Source: Thermodesulfobacteriota bacterium (lineage in GTDB: Bacteria; Desulfobacterota; WTBG01; CAIYCZ01; CAIRTM01). Taken from it: a stretch of 32,000 nucleotides of DNA. Every line of letters starts with the position of its first letter. Position 1 is the stretch's first letter. The position numbers were made by a program, and so were the translations under genes. Shown one piece after another: positions 1-8,484 of the stretch. A model generated the notes under the pieces. That model worked only from the letters and a program-made list of their open reading frames with translations, was not told the origin of the DNA and did not search any database. Location: the NCBI GenBank assembly GCA_028282925.1, contig JANQGV010000250.1:6917-38916 (forward strand), given 5' to 3'.

Positions 1-89
1 TCTCTGGTAACTCTTAAAGCAGAGAAATAGTTAATAAGCGCTAATGGTTTAATCTCATTGATGGTTTGCACGCGTTTTGTTTGATTTCC

Positions 90-118
90 TTGACATCTAC
101 CTGTCGTTTCCTTAGCAT
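90..118 (+). promoter_or_regulatory. candidate sigma-70 promoter (TTGACA - 17 nt - TAGCAT)
   Basis: TTGACA at 90-95, a 17-nt spacer and TAGCAT at 113-118, about 120 nt upstream of the ATG at 241. This is a motif match only. Confidence 0.3.
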
Positions 119-240
119 GAAGAGAAAGGGCGGCAACAGGGCTGTTGTCGCAAAAAAACATCTGCATTGTCACCCGCCGGAGGGGAGAAAGCGTGTGGCT
201 GTTTGCATAGGCATGCAGAATTATCACGAAAGGAGCAGGT

Positions 241-1011
241 ATGAAAAAAGTAAGTCAGAAAGTCTTCATCATCACGGCACTCTGCCTGGCGGTTGTTATG
301 GCAGCCGGTACCGGCATCTGTGCCGCAGAAAAGAAAGCCGCCGAAGCGAAAAAAATCGAGATAGATGCAACGCTGGAAAAGGACCATCCGGCCATCGAGG
401 AGGGTTTGTCGTGTAACGATTGCCATGAAATTGCATATGATGCCGATACCTCCGCAACCCAGATCTGGATCAGCGGCGACTACCTTAAATGGAAAGCAGG
501 AGAAGGTGTCATGCCTCAGGAAAAGGTATGGCAGCGGGTTGTGGATATTTTTAAAGGCAAGGGCATGAAGCGGACCTTCGCCCTTGCTACCTCGTTCAAT
601 AACCGCCCCTACACCATAACCGGTGACTTTGCCCTGGACCCCGAGAAAAAAGTAATTTACGGCTTCCATGAAAAAGGCACGGAGAAGCTGCTGCACATCC
701 GGCATAACCCCTACGTAAGCATGAACTGGCACGAGGAGTTCGACGATAACTTTGCCAATGTCATCTGCCTGCAGGTGCTGGGCAAGGCCGAGCTGTACGA
801 CGGCACCGCAAAAGAGTTCGACGAAGGCCTGCGGGTGTACCCTTACGAGTATGCCGCTCAAGCACGCAAAATTACCATTGAGCAGTGGCGGGCAATCGTC
901 AAAAAAGACATGATTATGAGCAAGATCCCCATCGACCGGGTGCGCCTGACCGAAGGTGCCCTGGCCCGCAGCAATTACCGCACGAGCCAGGAGTGGAAGC
1001 GGAAGAAGTAA
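241..1011 (+). CDS. exported protein: CxxCH c-type heme motif fused to a PNPOx-like (FMN-binding split-barrel) domain
   Basis: RBS aaAGGAGcaggtATG. Signal peptide MKKVSQKVFIITALCLAVVMAAGTGICA. CNDCH (CxxCH) lies at nt 412-426. KRTFALATSFNNRPYTITGDF...VIYGFHEKGTEKLLHIRHNPYVSMNW...VICLQVLGKAELY follows the pyridoxamine-5'-phosphate-oxidase-family pattern. A strong terminator follows. Confidence 0.8.
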   Translation: MKKVSQKVFIITALCLAVVMAAGTGICAAEKKAAEAKKIEIDATLEKDHPAIEEGLSCNDCHEIAYDADTSATQIWISGDYLKWKAGEGVMPQEKVWQRVVDIFKGKGMKRTFALATSFNNRPYTITGDFALDPEKKVIYGFHEKGTEKLLHIRHNPYVSMNWHEEFDDNFANVICLQVLGKAELYDGTAKEFDEGLRVYPYEYAAQARKITIEQWRAIVKKDMIMSKIPIDRVRLTEGALARSNYRTSQEWKRKK

Positions 1012-1031
1012 CGTGTCTGTGTAAAAACAAA

Positions 1032-1056
1032 GGGGGCATTATGAATGCCCCCTTTT
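1032..1056 (+). terminator. rho-independent terminator
   Basis: GGGGGCATT (1032-1040), loop ATG, AATGCCCCC (1044-1052), then TTTT. It starts 21 nt after the stop of the 241..1011 gene. Confidence 0.8.
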
Positions 1057-1135
1057 GTATTCCTGCCTTCTATTGTACTTTAAAAGCCATGGCTTTGAGA
1101 CGTGTGACCCGTAGCGATTCGGGGTGGGTATGTAT

Positions 1136-1508
1136 ATAAGACGCTACGCGTCTTCTACCCCCTTTCTTTGTTCGCCTCAAAGAAAGGGGGGAAAGAAAGG
1201 GCAAACCCTGCAACTTGTCCCGCCCTAGGCCCAAATCAAGCGAAGAATTCTACTGCGGTTGCCGTAATGCCCAAATCTAAAGTCTGTACTCCCTGCAACC
1301 TGTATCTCCGAGCATTTCAGCCCCCTCGCTACGAATCCTCGCTTGTTTTGGGCCTAAACGGGATACCCTCGTGGCACGATTTCAGTCGGCGGGTCAACAA
1401 ACTCGCCCCTGAAGAACAGGGCTCAAACATGTCGACCCTTGTTTCCTCCTGAATGAGTTTATCCTTGGCGAAGCCGAAGGGCTGCACTCGGCTGCGCTGC
1501 AATGGGAT
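1136..1508. mobile_element. intergenic repeat element, family A, copy 1 (interrupted by a nested family-B MITE)
   Basis: Collinear by eye with 8485..8697. Both copies start ATAAGACGC, carry a hairpin (ccctttctttg...caaagaaaggg), and share CCCTGCAACTTG(T/C)CCCGCCC, GGGATACCCTCG(T/G)GGCACGATTTCAGTCGGCGGGTCAACAAACTCGCCCC, GGGCTCAAACATGTCGACCCTTGT(T/C)TCCTCCTGAA and CTGCACTCGGCTGCG(C/T)TGCAA(T/A)GGGAT. No credible ORF. Confidence 0.75.
1226..1356. mobile_element. MITE-like element, family B, copy 1 (nested in family A), flanked by TA
   Basis: Ends are TA|GGCCCAAATCAAGCGAAGAATTC... and ...GAATCCTCGCTTGTTTTGGGCC|TA, which are imperfect terminal inverted repeats. It is homologous to 24898..25078. 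Removing it plus one TA leaves 5 nt (TAAAC) where the uninterrupted family-A copy has 5 nt (AAGGC, 8568-8572). Confidence 0.75.
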
Positions 1509-1638
1509 TAAGAAAGCCCGTAACTCATCAACGGTAAATACTTTTAGCAATCAATGCTGCATTTAATAGTATGGTGATTGTCAGGCACCCCTTTGGGGTG
1601 CTTCCTAATGCCTCGTTCTACGGACGATGATCATTACT

Positions 1639-4600
1639 TTATTCCCTGTAATGCAGTATCATGCCGTGGCTTCCGGCAATCCAGATGTTTTGCGGTGTTA
1701 TAAAAAACAGATCAAAGAGGCTGCTGTCCCCGCCCTTATTCTGTTGTATCCAGGTGGCGCCGCCGTCGGTGGTCTTTAAGATTTTGCCGGGATCCTGTAT
1801 CGCCCATCCATTGCTGGTATCGAGAAAATACAGATCATTCAGGATGCCGCCATATATATCGGTTTCAATGTGAGTCCAGGTGGCGCCGCCATCGGTGGTG
1901 TGCAGCATCTTACCGCCTGAGCCCGATGCCCAGCCGGTGCTGCCGTCCAGGAAAAAAAGCCGGGTCAGCCGGTAGGAGTCCGACCAGTGGTTGGCAACGT
2001 TCTCGAATTGCACCTCCCAGGTGGTGCCGCCATCGGATGTATGCATGATTTTCGTTATGGAGCCGTCTCCGATTTTCTTAAAATCCGACCCCACAAGCCA
2101 GCCTGTTGCATTGTCGGTAAAGAAGAGGTGCCTGGGTTCAATGGTTTCATATTCCACGAACGGGTCATACGGTTCGGATGAATCAATACCGATGGGGTCT
2201 TCCAGTACTTTGGTCCAGGTGGTGCCGCCATCGATGGTTTTGAGTACGGCATTTTCCTTTGTTGCCATCCATCCGTTTTGAGCATCGACAAAAGTCATTG
2301 ACCTGATGTAATGTTCCTGGTTGTACTGCTCTTCCCATGTCACCCCGCCGTCTGTGGTATGCAGTACGGAATCGGGAGCTCCTACCATCCAGCCGGAATT
2401 ATCATCGATAAAAGTGAGGTGCCTGAAGTTGTCATAGTCTCCCTCAACCTCAAGGTTTTCCCAGGAACAGCCGCCGTCGGTGGTGTGGAGCAGCGTTTTT
2501 TCGCCGCCGATAAAGCCGGTGTTTTCATTGATAAACCATGTTGAATAAAAATGTTTTGATGATAGGGTGGTGTATAACGACTGCCAGTTTTTTCCGCCGT
2601 CGGTGGTACGCAGGTTGGCGGCACTGCTGCTGCCGGCGGTCCAGCCGTGCTGCGGGTCGATGAAGAACACATCATGCAGAAATTGTTTGTACAGGTCCGA
2701 TGTGCCGTCAAGCCAGGTATTACCCCCGTCGGTGGTGTACAGCAGGGTGCCCCAGTTCCCAACAGCGCAGCCGGTTTGTGTATCGGCAAAGAACACTTTT
2801 TCAAGAACCGACTGCTTGCCGTCGTCCTGTTTTTCCCAGGTGGTGCCGCCGTCCGAGGTGTGGAGGATAAATCCCCTGAAGCCGTATGACGGGTGGATGG
2901 TCTTGCCGACAGCCCAGCCGTTTGAACTGTCGACAAAATGTATGCTGTTGATGTTGTCGTCCAGATCGCCGATATACAGCAGGTTCCAGGTGTTTCCGCC
3001 GTCGGTGGTCTGGAATACACCCTGTCCGTCGCCGGCGGCCCAGCCGGTCTGGGTGTCGATAAAAGAGATACAGTTTATATCGGTATCAAAATCGGTGATG
3101 TTCTGCTCGGTCCAGGTGCTGCCGCCGTCGGTTGTATGAAAAAGCTGATTGTACGAAACCAGCAGCCAGCCGTTGTTCTGGTCGGGAAAAGCCATCTGGA
3201 GCACGGTGTTGTATACGCCGAAGGACTGTTCTTCCCAGGTGGTGCCGCCGTCGGTGGTATGATAAATGAATCCGCTGGGGCCGCCGATCCAGCCATGCAG
3301 CGCATCGGCAAAGTAAACGCTGTTCAGCGAAAGATGTGTATCCATTTGGATGAGCTCCCAGGTAGTGCCCCCATCGGTGGTGTGGGACACAACCCCGGAC
3401 GTGCCGACTTTCCAGCCGTTGAGGGTGTCGGTAAAGAATATGCTGTTATATGTATACCCATCGGGATACGGGTTATGCCAGTGTAAGCCGGTTTTGGTTT
3501 CATCCGGACAGGGTATACTGGTTGTGGTTGATGGGGATTCAGAAGTGGTTGTTGTTGTTTCGGGCGGCGCTGTGGTTGTGGTGGATGCCGGTTGGGTAGT
3601 AGTGGTAGTGGATTCGGCACTCGTTGTAGACGTGGTTGCCTCTGCAGTGGTTGTAGACGTAGTTTCGGCCGGAACCGTGGTTGGGGTGGTCTGGTTGTCT
3701 CCGGTTGTTGCCGTAAGGGTTACGGTAAAACCGATATCCTGATGGCCGGGCTCGGCGGCCAGCTTGAATGATGTTACCAGCTCGGCTATGGTATTGATTT
3801 TTGACGGATGCAAGGTGAATGCCACGCCGCTTGTCATGTCAAAATCAATAACAAACTGCCATGAATTACCCAGTATGGCACTTTCAGTCAGTTGCACAGG
3901 GTCATGGCCCTGTGCCAACTCGGCCGAAAACGATGGGATTACCTGGTTGCCGAGGCCGTCGGGGGTGCCTGTGTAATCGGCTATGTCGTCATTCTGGATC
4001 GGGTCTGCCGGGCGGCTGGTATGGATGCATCCTTCGGTCTCGGTACACCATTTGAAATCTTCGTCAAGAGAGCGCCGGTACAAAACATCACCCTTTTGCA
4101 GCTCGGTGTCGTCCACATCGCCGTATACGGTCCGTATAACATGGGTTCCGGCAATATCGGCATGGACCGCCGCCTCTTCAAGGGTAAAGGTGGTGTCTAC
4201 ATAGCCGAACAGTATCTCAACCGCCCGCACATAGGCATTATCGTCGGACGGATAGGGAGATCCTTCGCAGCACTGGATAGATCCTTCAATATCCAGCTGT
4301 GTATATAAATCAAAATCAAGCAGTTCACTCTGTTTAAAGGATGTGGTGGGAGAGGGGTCAATTACATCCCCGATAATGGGTCCCAGGCTGTAGCCTGTGT
4401 CCATGCCGACCATAATTCCTGCATAATATACTTTGCCGAACACTGTGTCCGGGGTCATGCAGGCATCGTATTCGGCACAGTCCGCCGACAGTTCAGATGC
4501 AGCCAGCCTGAACTCGTACCCTTCGGGCATTTCGGCCAGGGTTGAGCTGACGAGTTTGGTTGAAACCGGAATTTTTTTGCCCCCGAACAGGTCGCATGAT

Positions 4601-4665
4601 GCACATATACATGATACAACAAGCAGAATCGATAGAAGCACTGCACGATAGGTGTTATTGCCCAT
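1639..4665 (-). CDS. lipoprotein with an unassigned N-terminal domain, a Thr/Ser-rich linker and 13 Asp-box (BNR) repeats (double beta-propeller, Ycf48/sortilin-like)
   Basis: RBS GAGGAGGaactATG. Signal peptide with lipobox-like VVSC. The linker TTSTTTAEATTSTTSAESTTTTTQPASTTTTAPPETTTTTSESPSTTTS lies at about nt 3510-3720. There are 13 repeats of the (H/K/Q/R/Y)T(T/S/I)DGGxxW type. Confidence 0.9.
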   Translation of the reverse strand: MGNNTYRAVLLSILLVVSCICASCDLFGGKKIPVSTKLVSSTLAEMPEGYEFRLAASELSADCAEYDACMTPDTVFGKVYYAGIMVGMDTGYSLGPIIGDVIDPSPTTSFKQSELLDFDLYTQLDIEGSIQCCEGSPYPSDDNAYVRAVEILFGYVDTTFTLEEAAVHADIAGTHVIRTVYGDVDDTELQKGDVLYRRSLDEDFKWCTETEGCIHTSRPADPIQNDDIADYTGTPDGLGNQVIPSFSAELAQGHDPVQLTESAILGNSWQFVIDFDMTSGVAFTLHPSKINTIAELVTSFKLAAEPGHQDIGFTVTLTATTGDNQTTPTTVPAETTSTTTAEATTSTTSAESTTTTTQPASTTTTAPPETTTTTSESPSTTTSIPCPDETKTGLHWHNPYPDGYTYNSIFFTDTLNGWKVGTSGVVSHTTDGGTTWELIQMDTHLSLNSVYFADALHGWIGGPSGFIYHTTDGGTTWEEQSFGVYNTVLQMAFPDQNNGWLLVSYNQLFHTTDGGSTWTEQNITDFDTDINCISFIDTQTGWAAGDGQGVFQTTDGGNTWNLLYIGDLDDNINSIHFVDSSNGWAVGKTIHPSYGFRGFILHTSDGGTTWEKQDDGKQSVLEKVFFADTQTGCAVGNWGTLLYTTDGGNTWLDGTSDLYKQFLHDVFFIDPQHGWTAGSSSAANLRTTDGGKNWQSLYTTLSSKHFYSTWFINENTGFIGGEKTLLHTTDGGCSWENLEVEGDYDNFRHLTFIDDNSGWMVGAPDSVLHTTDGGVTWEEQYNQEHYIRSMTFVDAQNGWMATKENAVLKTIDGGTTWTKVLEDPIGIDSSEPYDPFVEYETIEPRHLFFTDNATGWLVGSDFKKIGDGSITKIMHTSDGGTTWEVQFENVANHWSDSYRLTRLFFLDGSTGWASGSGGKMLHTTDGGATWTHIETDIYGGILNDLYFLDTSNGWAIQDPGKILKTTDGGATWIQQNKGGDSSLFDLFFITPQNIWIAGSHGMILHYRE

Positions 4666-4797
4666 AGTTCCTCCTCTTTGATGGTATACAGGCCGGATTG
4701 AAGTATCTTCATTAATATTTTATATGTATAAATATAAAATTGTATATTTCAAGGTGTTTATGTAAAATAATCCGGTAACAGCATAAGGAACCTTTTT

Positions 4798-5910
4798 ATG
4801 AAAAGATGGATAATCGGTATTTGTGTCGCTGTTGCTCTGGTTATGCTGTCGGCGTGTGTTCCACGTGTAACCATAGAATCCCCGGAAGACGGTGCATCAT
4901 TTGAAGAGGCTGCTGAAATTACCTTCAGCGGCAGAGCCGCCGATTTCCAGGGCGGAGACATTGCCGGGCAGGCCCTGGTATGGACATCAAGCCTTGACGG
5001 GACCATCGGAGGCGGCAAAACGATTATAAGTGATTCTTTGAGTGTTGGTACGCATACCATCACGCTGACCGCAACGGATGCGGTTGGTGCATCGTCATCA
5101 GATACCATCACTATAAATATTATTGCCGGGTCTGGTGATGACGGCAGCAACGATAACGAAACAGGCGGTGATACCGACAATGAAACGGGCGATGATAACG
5201 ATACCGCCGTCTGGCAGCCCGCGCCCGGAACAAGCTGGCAGTGGCAACTGACCGGTACGATTGATACATCTTTTGATGTTGATATGTATGATATCGATCT
5301 TTTTGATACGCCCCAGAGCGTTATCGACCGGTTACATGCCGATGGTAGAATCGTGATCTGCTCTTTTTCGGCCGGAAGCTGGGAAGACTGGCGGGATGAT
5401 GCCGACCGGTTTCCCGATTCTGTCCTGGGAGATACTCTCGACGACTGGCCGGACGAAAAATGGCTGGATATCCGGCAGCTCGATATCCTGGGCCCGTTGA
5501 TGCAGGCACGGCTTGACGTGGCGGTTGCGAAGAAATGTGACGGGGTTGAACCCGATAATGTTGACGGCTACACCAATTCAAGCGGATTTCCCCTTTCTGC
5601 AGCAGATCAGCTCGTTTTCAACAGATGGCTGGCAGATCAGGCCCATGCCCGGGGGTTGTCGGTGGGGTTGAAGAACGACCTCGACCAGGTAGAGGAGCTT
5701 GTTTCCTCTTTTGACTGGGCCCTTAATGAGCAGTGCTTTCAATACAACGAGTGTGACCTGCTTTTGCCTTTTATCGAGGACGGAAAGGCCGTGTTCGGGG
5801 TGGAGTATGAGCTTGATACCGATGCGTTTTGTTCTGAGGCAAAGGCCATGGATTTTGACTGGCTTAAAAAAAAGTATGATCTGGATGCAACACGGGAATC
5901 GTGCCGGTGA
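4798..5910 (+). CDS. lipoprotein: Ig-like domain plus glycoside hydrolase family 114 (endo-alpha-1,4-polygalactosaminidase-like) domain
   Basis: Lipobox LSAC. An Ig-like segment (ITFSGRAADF...THTITLTATDAVG) is followed by a D/N/G-rich linker. The string WQWQLTG...MYDIDLFD...VICSFSAGSWEDWRDD...WLDIR...CDGVEPDNVDGY...GLSVGLKND...NEQCFQYNEC...GKAVFGVEYE matches the GH114 (PF03537) signature as I recall it. Confidence 0.85.
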   Translation: MKRWIIGICVAVALVMLSACVPRVTIESPEDGASFEEAAEITFSGRAADFQGGDIAGQALVWTSSLDGTIGGGKTIISDSLSVGTHTITLTATDAVGASSSDTITINIIAGSGDDGSNDNETGGDTDNETGDDNDTAVWQPAPGTSWQWQLTGTIDTSFDVDMYDIDLFDTPQSVIDRLHADGRIVICSFSAGSWEDWRDDADRFPDSVLGDTLDDWPDEKWLDIRQLDILGPLMQARLDVAVAKKCDGVEPDNVDGYTNSSGFPLSAADQLVFNRWLADQAHARGLSVGLKNDLDQVEELVSSFDWALNEQCFQYNECDLLLPFIEDGKAVFGVEYELDTDAFCSEAKAMDFDWLKKKYDLDATRESCR

Positions 5911-5973
5911 TTAGGTAGCGCACATGCCGGACAGCAATGCGGGCCCGGGGTAAGGCATCTGACGGGAATCAAA

Positions 5974-6006
5974 AAGGCGGTGCAGATAATTCCGCACTGC
6001 CTTTTT
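5974..6006. terminator. bidirectional rho-independent terminator between convergent genes
   Basis: AAGGCGGTGC (5974-5983) pairs with GCACTGCCTT (5994-6003), with one G-T wobble. An A-run lies upstream and TTTTT downstream. Confidence 0.6.
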
Positions 6007-6115
6007 GAGTTTCAGGGCCGGTTGTTTACCGAAAGGTGTCCCACTGCACTATCGGGGGACACAATGCTGAAATCAATAATAATTGCCGGGATGCCCGCCC
6101 TGCAGGCGGAGAGTA

Positions 6116-6967
6116 TCACTTCCCGGGGTTGAAGCCGTCATGGTACTTTTGGTGCTCTTCCATTTTTTCCTTAATAATGGTCCGCTGTTCCGGCGTGAGC
6201 AACAAGGCCGCTTCAATCTGGGCATTCAGTTTTATTTCCATAATTTGTTCCTTGGGTTCGATCATCCGGTCGATTATGCCGGCTGCCGCAACGGTGTCGA
6301 CTGTTTCAGCCAGAAGCGCTTCTTTAAGTTGATCTCCCAAGGGCTCCAATTCCGCTGAGATGGGCTCTATGCTTTCGCGGGTTGCTTTCATTAATGCCAG
6401 CAAGGCATCTTTTTGCTCTTCGGAAAGGTTTAAAAATTCCAGTTTCCTGTCCATCATAGCTCGGATAAGGCGATCACCGTATTTTGCTTTCAGCTCGTCC
6501 AGCCTGGGATAGGCCATGACATAGTCAATAAAATCGGAAACATCGTTGAGAACTTCCTGGATGTCGGCCCGCTGCTCAGAGGTGAGAACCTGGGCGGACT
6601 CAACCCTGGCATTGAGCTTTATTACCGTCATGGCGGATTTGGGCGGGATCATCAGCTCAATCAGATCTGCGGCTGCAGCCGTGTCGATGGATTCGGTCAG
6701 GAGCGTCTCGGCCATCTGATCCCCCAGCTCTTTCATATCTTCAATATAGGGTGTCATTTCATCGCGGGTTGCGTCCTTAATTTGCTGTAATTCCTGCTGC
6801 TGTTCTTCGGTAATATTAAAAAATGTGTAAAAGAACTGTTTAACGGGGCAGATGCGAACGTTGCCGCCCGGTTGTATGTCCGAGGCTGCAAGGCTGAAGA
6901 CCGGCAAGCAGAGGGCACCGACAAAAAATAAAGCAATTATAGTTGTTTTTATGTTTCTGGTGCTCAT
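6116..6967 (-). CDS. periplasmic Spy/CpxP-family-like protein with an internal tandem duplication
   Basis: RBS AAGGAGGaaacaccATG and a signal peptide. It has LTxxQ-like motifs (ITEEQQ, LTSEQR, LSEEQK, LTPEQR). Residues about 50-141 and about 179-270 are clearly homologous, with a 129-aa period. Confidence 0.7.
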   Translation of the reverse strand: MSTRNIKTTIIALFFVGALCLPVFSLAASDIQPGGNVRICPVKQFFYTFFNITEEQQQELQQIKDATRDEMTPYIEDMKELGDQMAETLLTESIDTAAAADLIELMIPPKSAMTVIKLNARVESAQVLTSEQRADIQEVLNDVSDFIDYVMAYPRLDELKAKYGDRLIRAMMDRKLEFLNLSEEQKDALLALMKATRESIEPISAELEPLGDQLKEALLAETVDTVAAAGIIDRMIEPKEQIMEIKLNAQIEAALLLTPEQRTIIKEKMEEHQKYHDGFNPGK

Positions 6968-7320
6968 GGTGTTTCCTCCTTCTGTAAGGGATGCCTGGGT
7001 TGTTTTGCTATAACAGCGAAACCCGGTTCCTGGGTGGGCGGTGTACAGCTACGAATATGCAGGTCGGGCTTTGCATTATATTCGACCGGCAATGGTACGA
7101 AATTATAGCGTGTCATTTTCGTTTTGCAAGGTGGCTTCGTTCGTATTTAAGAGGGTATCAATCTGCTCCGGGGGACCATGGAAAAACCATGGTGCCCCAG
7201 AGGCGGCTGCCGACCGGTACGGCTACGTGTTTTTCCATATTTTGTTGGAAATGTAACGGTAGTATGGTGTAATACTGCTTAAACAGTACATACAGATACG
7301 CAGACCTATGGGGGAATGCC

Positions 7321-8382
7321 ATGCTCTTTTTATCCGAACAAGAGAAACAGCTTTGGAGCAGCCTGGGGAACGAAATCCTTGATAAAAGACTGCCGCCCAG
7401 GGACATGCAGGACGAGGTGCGGGGCAACCTGGTATCCTTTTTTCATTACTATGCCGGTATCCTGCTGGCGGCACACGGCCAGGAACTGCTGGGCAAACAG
7501 TGGTTTGCCGAGGGAGCCCAGATTGAAGACGACGGGCTGTTTTCCAATGCCTTTACGGCGGCGTTCCTGGAACGACAGCAGAACCGGTTCATTATGCCGG
7601 ACACGGCCTTTGCCGACCCCCGCCCTTTTGTGCACTTTGCCGGTGTGCCGGAAGTGAAGGGGGCCCGCGAGCGGTTTATCAAACAGTGCGGCCATTCCAT
7701 GCCCCGGTTCAACCGGCCCCTGAGGATTATGGACATCGGCTGCGGCAACGGGGCCCTGGCGGCTACCCTGCTGAAGCATTTACAGGAAGCGGGTAAGGTT
7801 GGCGATATTGATGAAATACTGCTCATAGACGCCTCACCCGCCATGGTTGTTCTGGCTAAAGAGACGGTCCAAAAGGATTTTCCGAATGTCACGATACGAA
7901 CCATCAACAGCAGAATAGAGAATATATCCGACAGTATCGATGCCTCATATGATGTAGCCCTGAGCTCGCTTGCCTATCACCATATGCCCATGGAACTGAA
8001 GCGGGTGCATCTTGAAAAGCTGAAATCCCGGATCGATCACTTTGTGATTTTTGAGTTGGACGCCAATAACGACACCCCGGAACTGCACTCCCCGGACCTG
8101 GCGCTTTCCGTGTACCAGTCCTACGGAAGGATTATCGATTTTGTCTTCGCCCATGACGCCCCGGTGGATGTGGTGCAGGCCTGCGTGGACTGCTTTCTGA
8201 TGACCGAGGCCGTTTCAATTTTAACCCAGCCCAGGGGCGTGCGGACCGATTACCATATGCTGCGCAGTCAGTGGCGGGAGCTTTTTGATTCTGTTCTGGG
8301 GCCTGAGTTTACCTGCCGGTGTGACTCGACCAGTTATGGGGATGAGTATTTGGATCTCTTTACTATGCACTATGGCCGATAG
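7321..8382 (+). CDS. class I SAM-dependent methyltransferase with an unassigned ~130-aa N-terminal region
   Basis: Motif I is RIMDIGCGNGALAATLL, followed by LLIDASPAM, SSLAYHHM and FVIFELD (Rossmann-fold MTase pattern). Confidence 0.75.
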   Translation: MLFLSEQEKQLWSSLGNEILDKRLPPRDMQDEVRGNLVSFFHYYAGILLAAHGQELLGKQWFAEGAQIEDDGLFSNAFTAAFLERQQNRFIMPDTAFADPRPFVHFAGVPEVKGARERFIKQCGHSMPRFNRPLRIMDIGCGNGALAATLLKHLQEAGKVGDIDEILLIDASPAMVVLAKETVQKDFPNVTIRTINSRIENISDSIDASYDVALSSLAYHHMPMELKRVHLEKLKSRIDHFVIFELDANNDTPELHSPDLALSVYQSYGRIIDFVFAHDAPVDVVQACVDCFLMTEAVSILTQPRGVRTDYHMLRSQWRELFDSVLGPEFTCRCDSTSYGDEYLDLFTMHYGR

Positions 8383-8484
8383 ATGCGATAGCAGTGGAAA
8401 GGATTTGTGTTTTTCAGTGAGTGAATGTATTCCTGCTTGGGAGGCAGTTGAATCAGATAGTATTCTGGAATTCTAAAAAAATCA

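Noticed and set aside
112-861. A 249-aa minus-strand ORF, plus the other ORFs overlapping 241..1011.
   Set aside because: It is antisense to the signal-peptide/CxxCH/PNPOx-like gene, which has an RBS and a terminator. I found no independent support for it.
1168-1550. ORFs 1168..1452 and 1329..1550, and their counterparts 8421..8735 and 8482..8691.
   Set aside because: They lie entirely inside the repeated intergenic elements, on both strands, with no RBS. They are better explained as non-coding repeat sequence.
1700-3450. A periodic DNA repeat (ccaggtggtgccgccgtcggtggt every ~130-200 bp) that superficially resembles a repeat-spacer array.
   Set aside because: It is the reverse complement of the codons for the T(T/S)DGGxTW Asp-box in a continuous 1008-aa ORF. 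The spacing is irregular and the 'repeats' are imperfect, so this is not a CRISPR array.
3510-3720. A low-complexity ACC/ACT-rich tract, considered as a possible tandem DNA repeat or contingency locus.
   Set aside because: It encodes the in-frame Thr/Ser-rich linker of the BNR protein. There is no exact unit repeat that would allow slippage.
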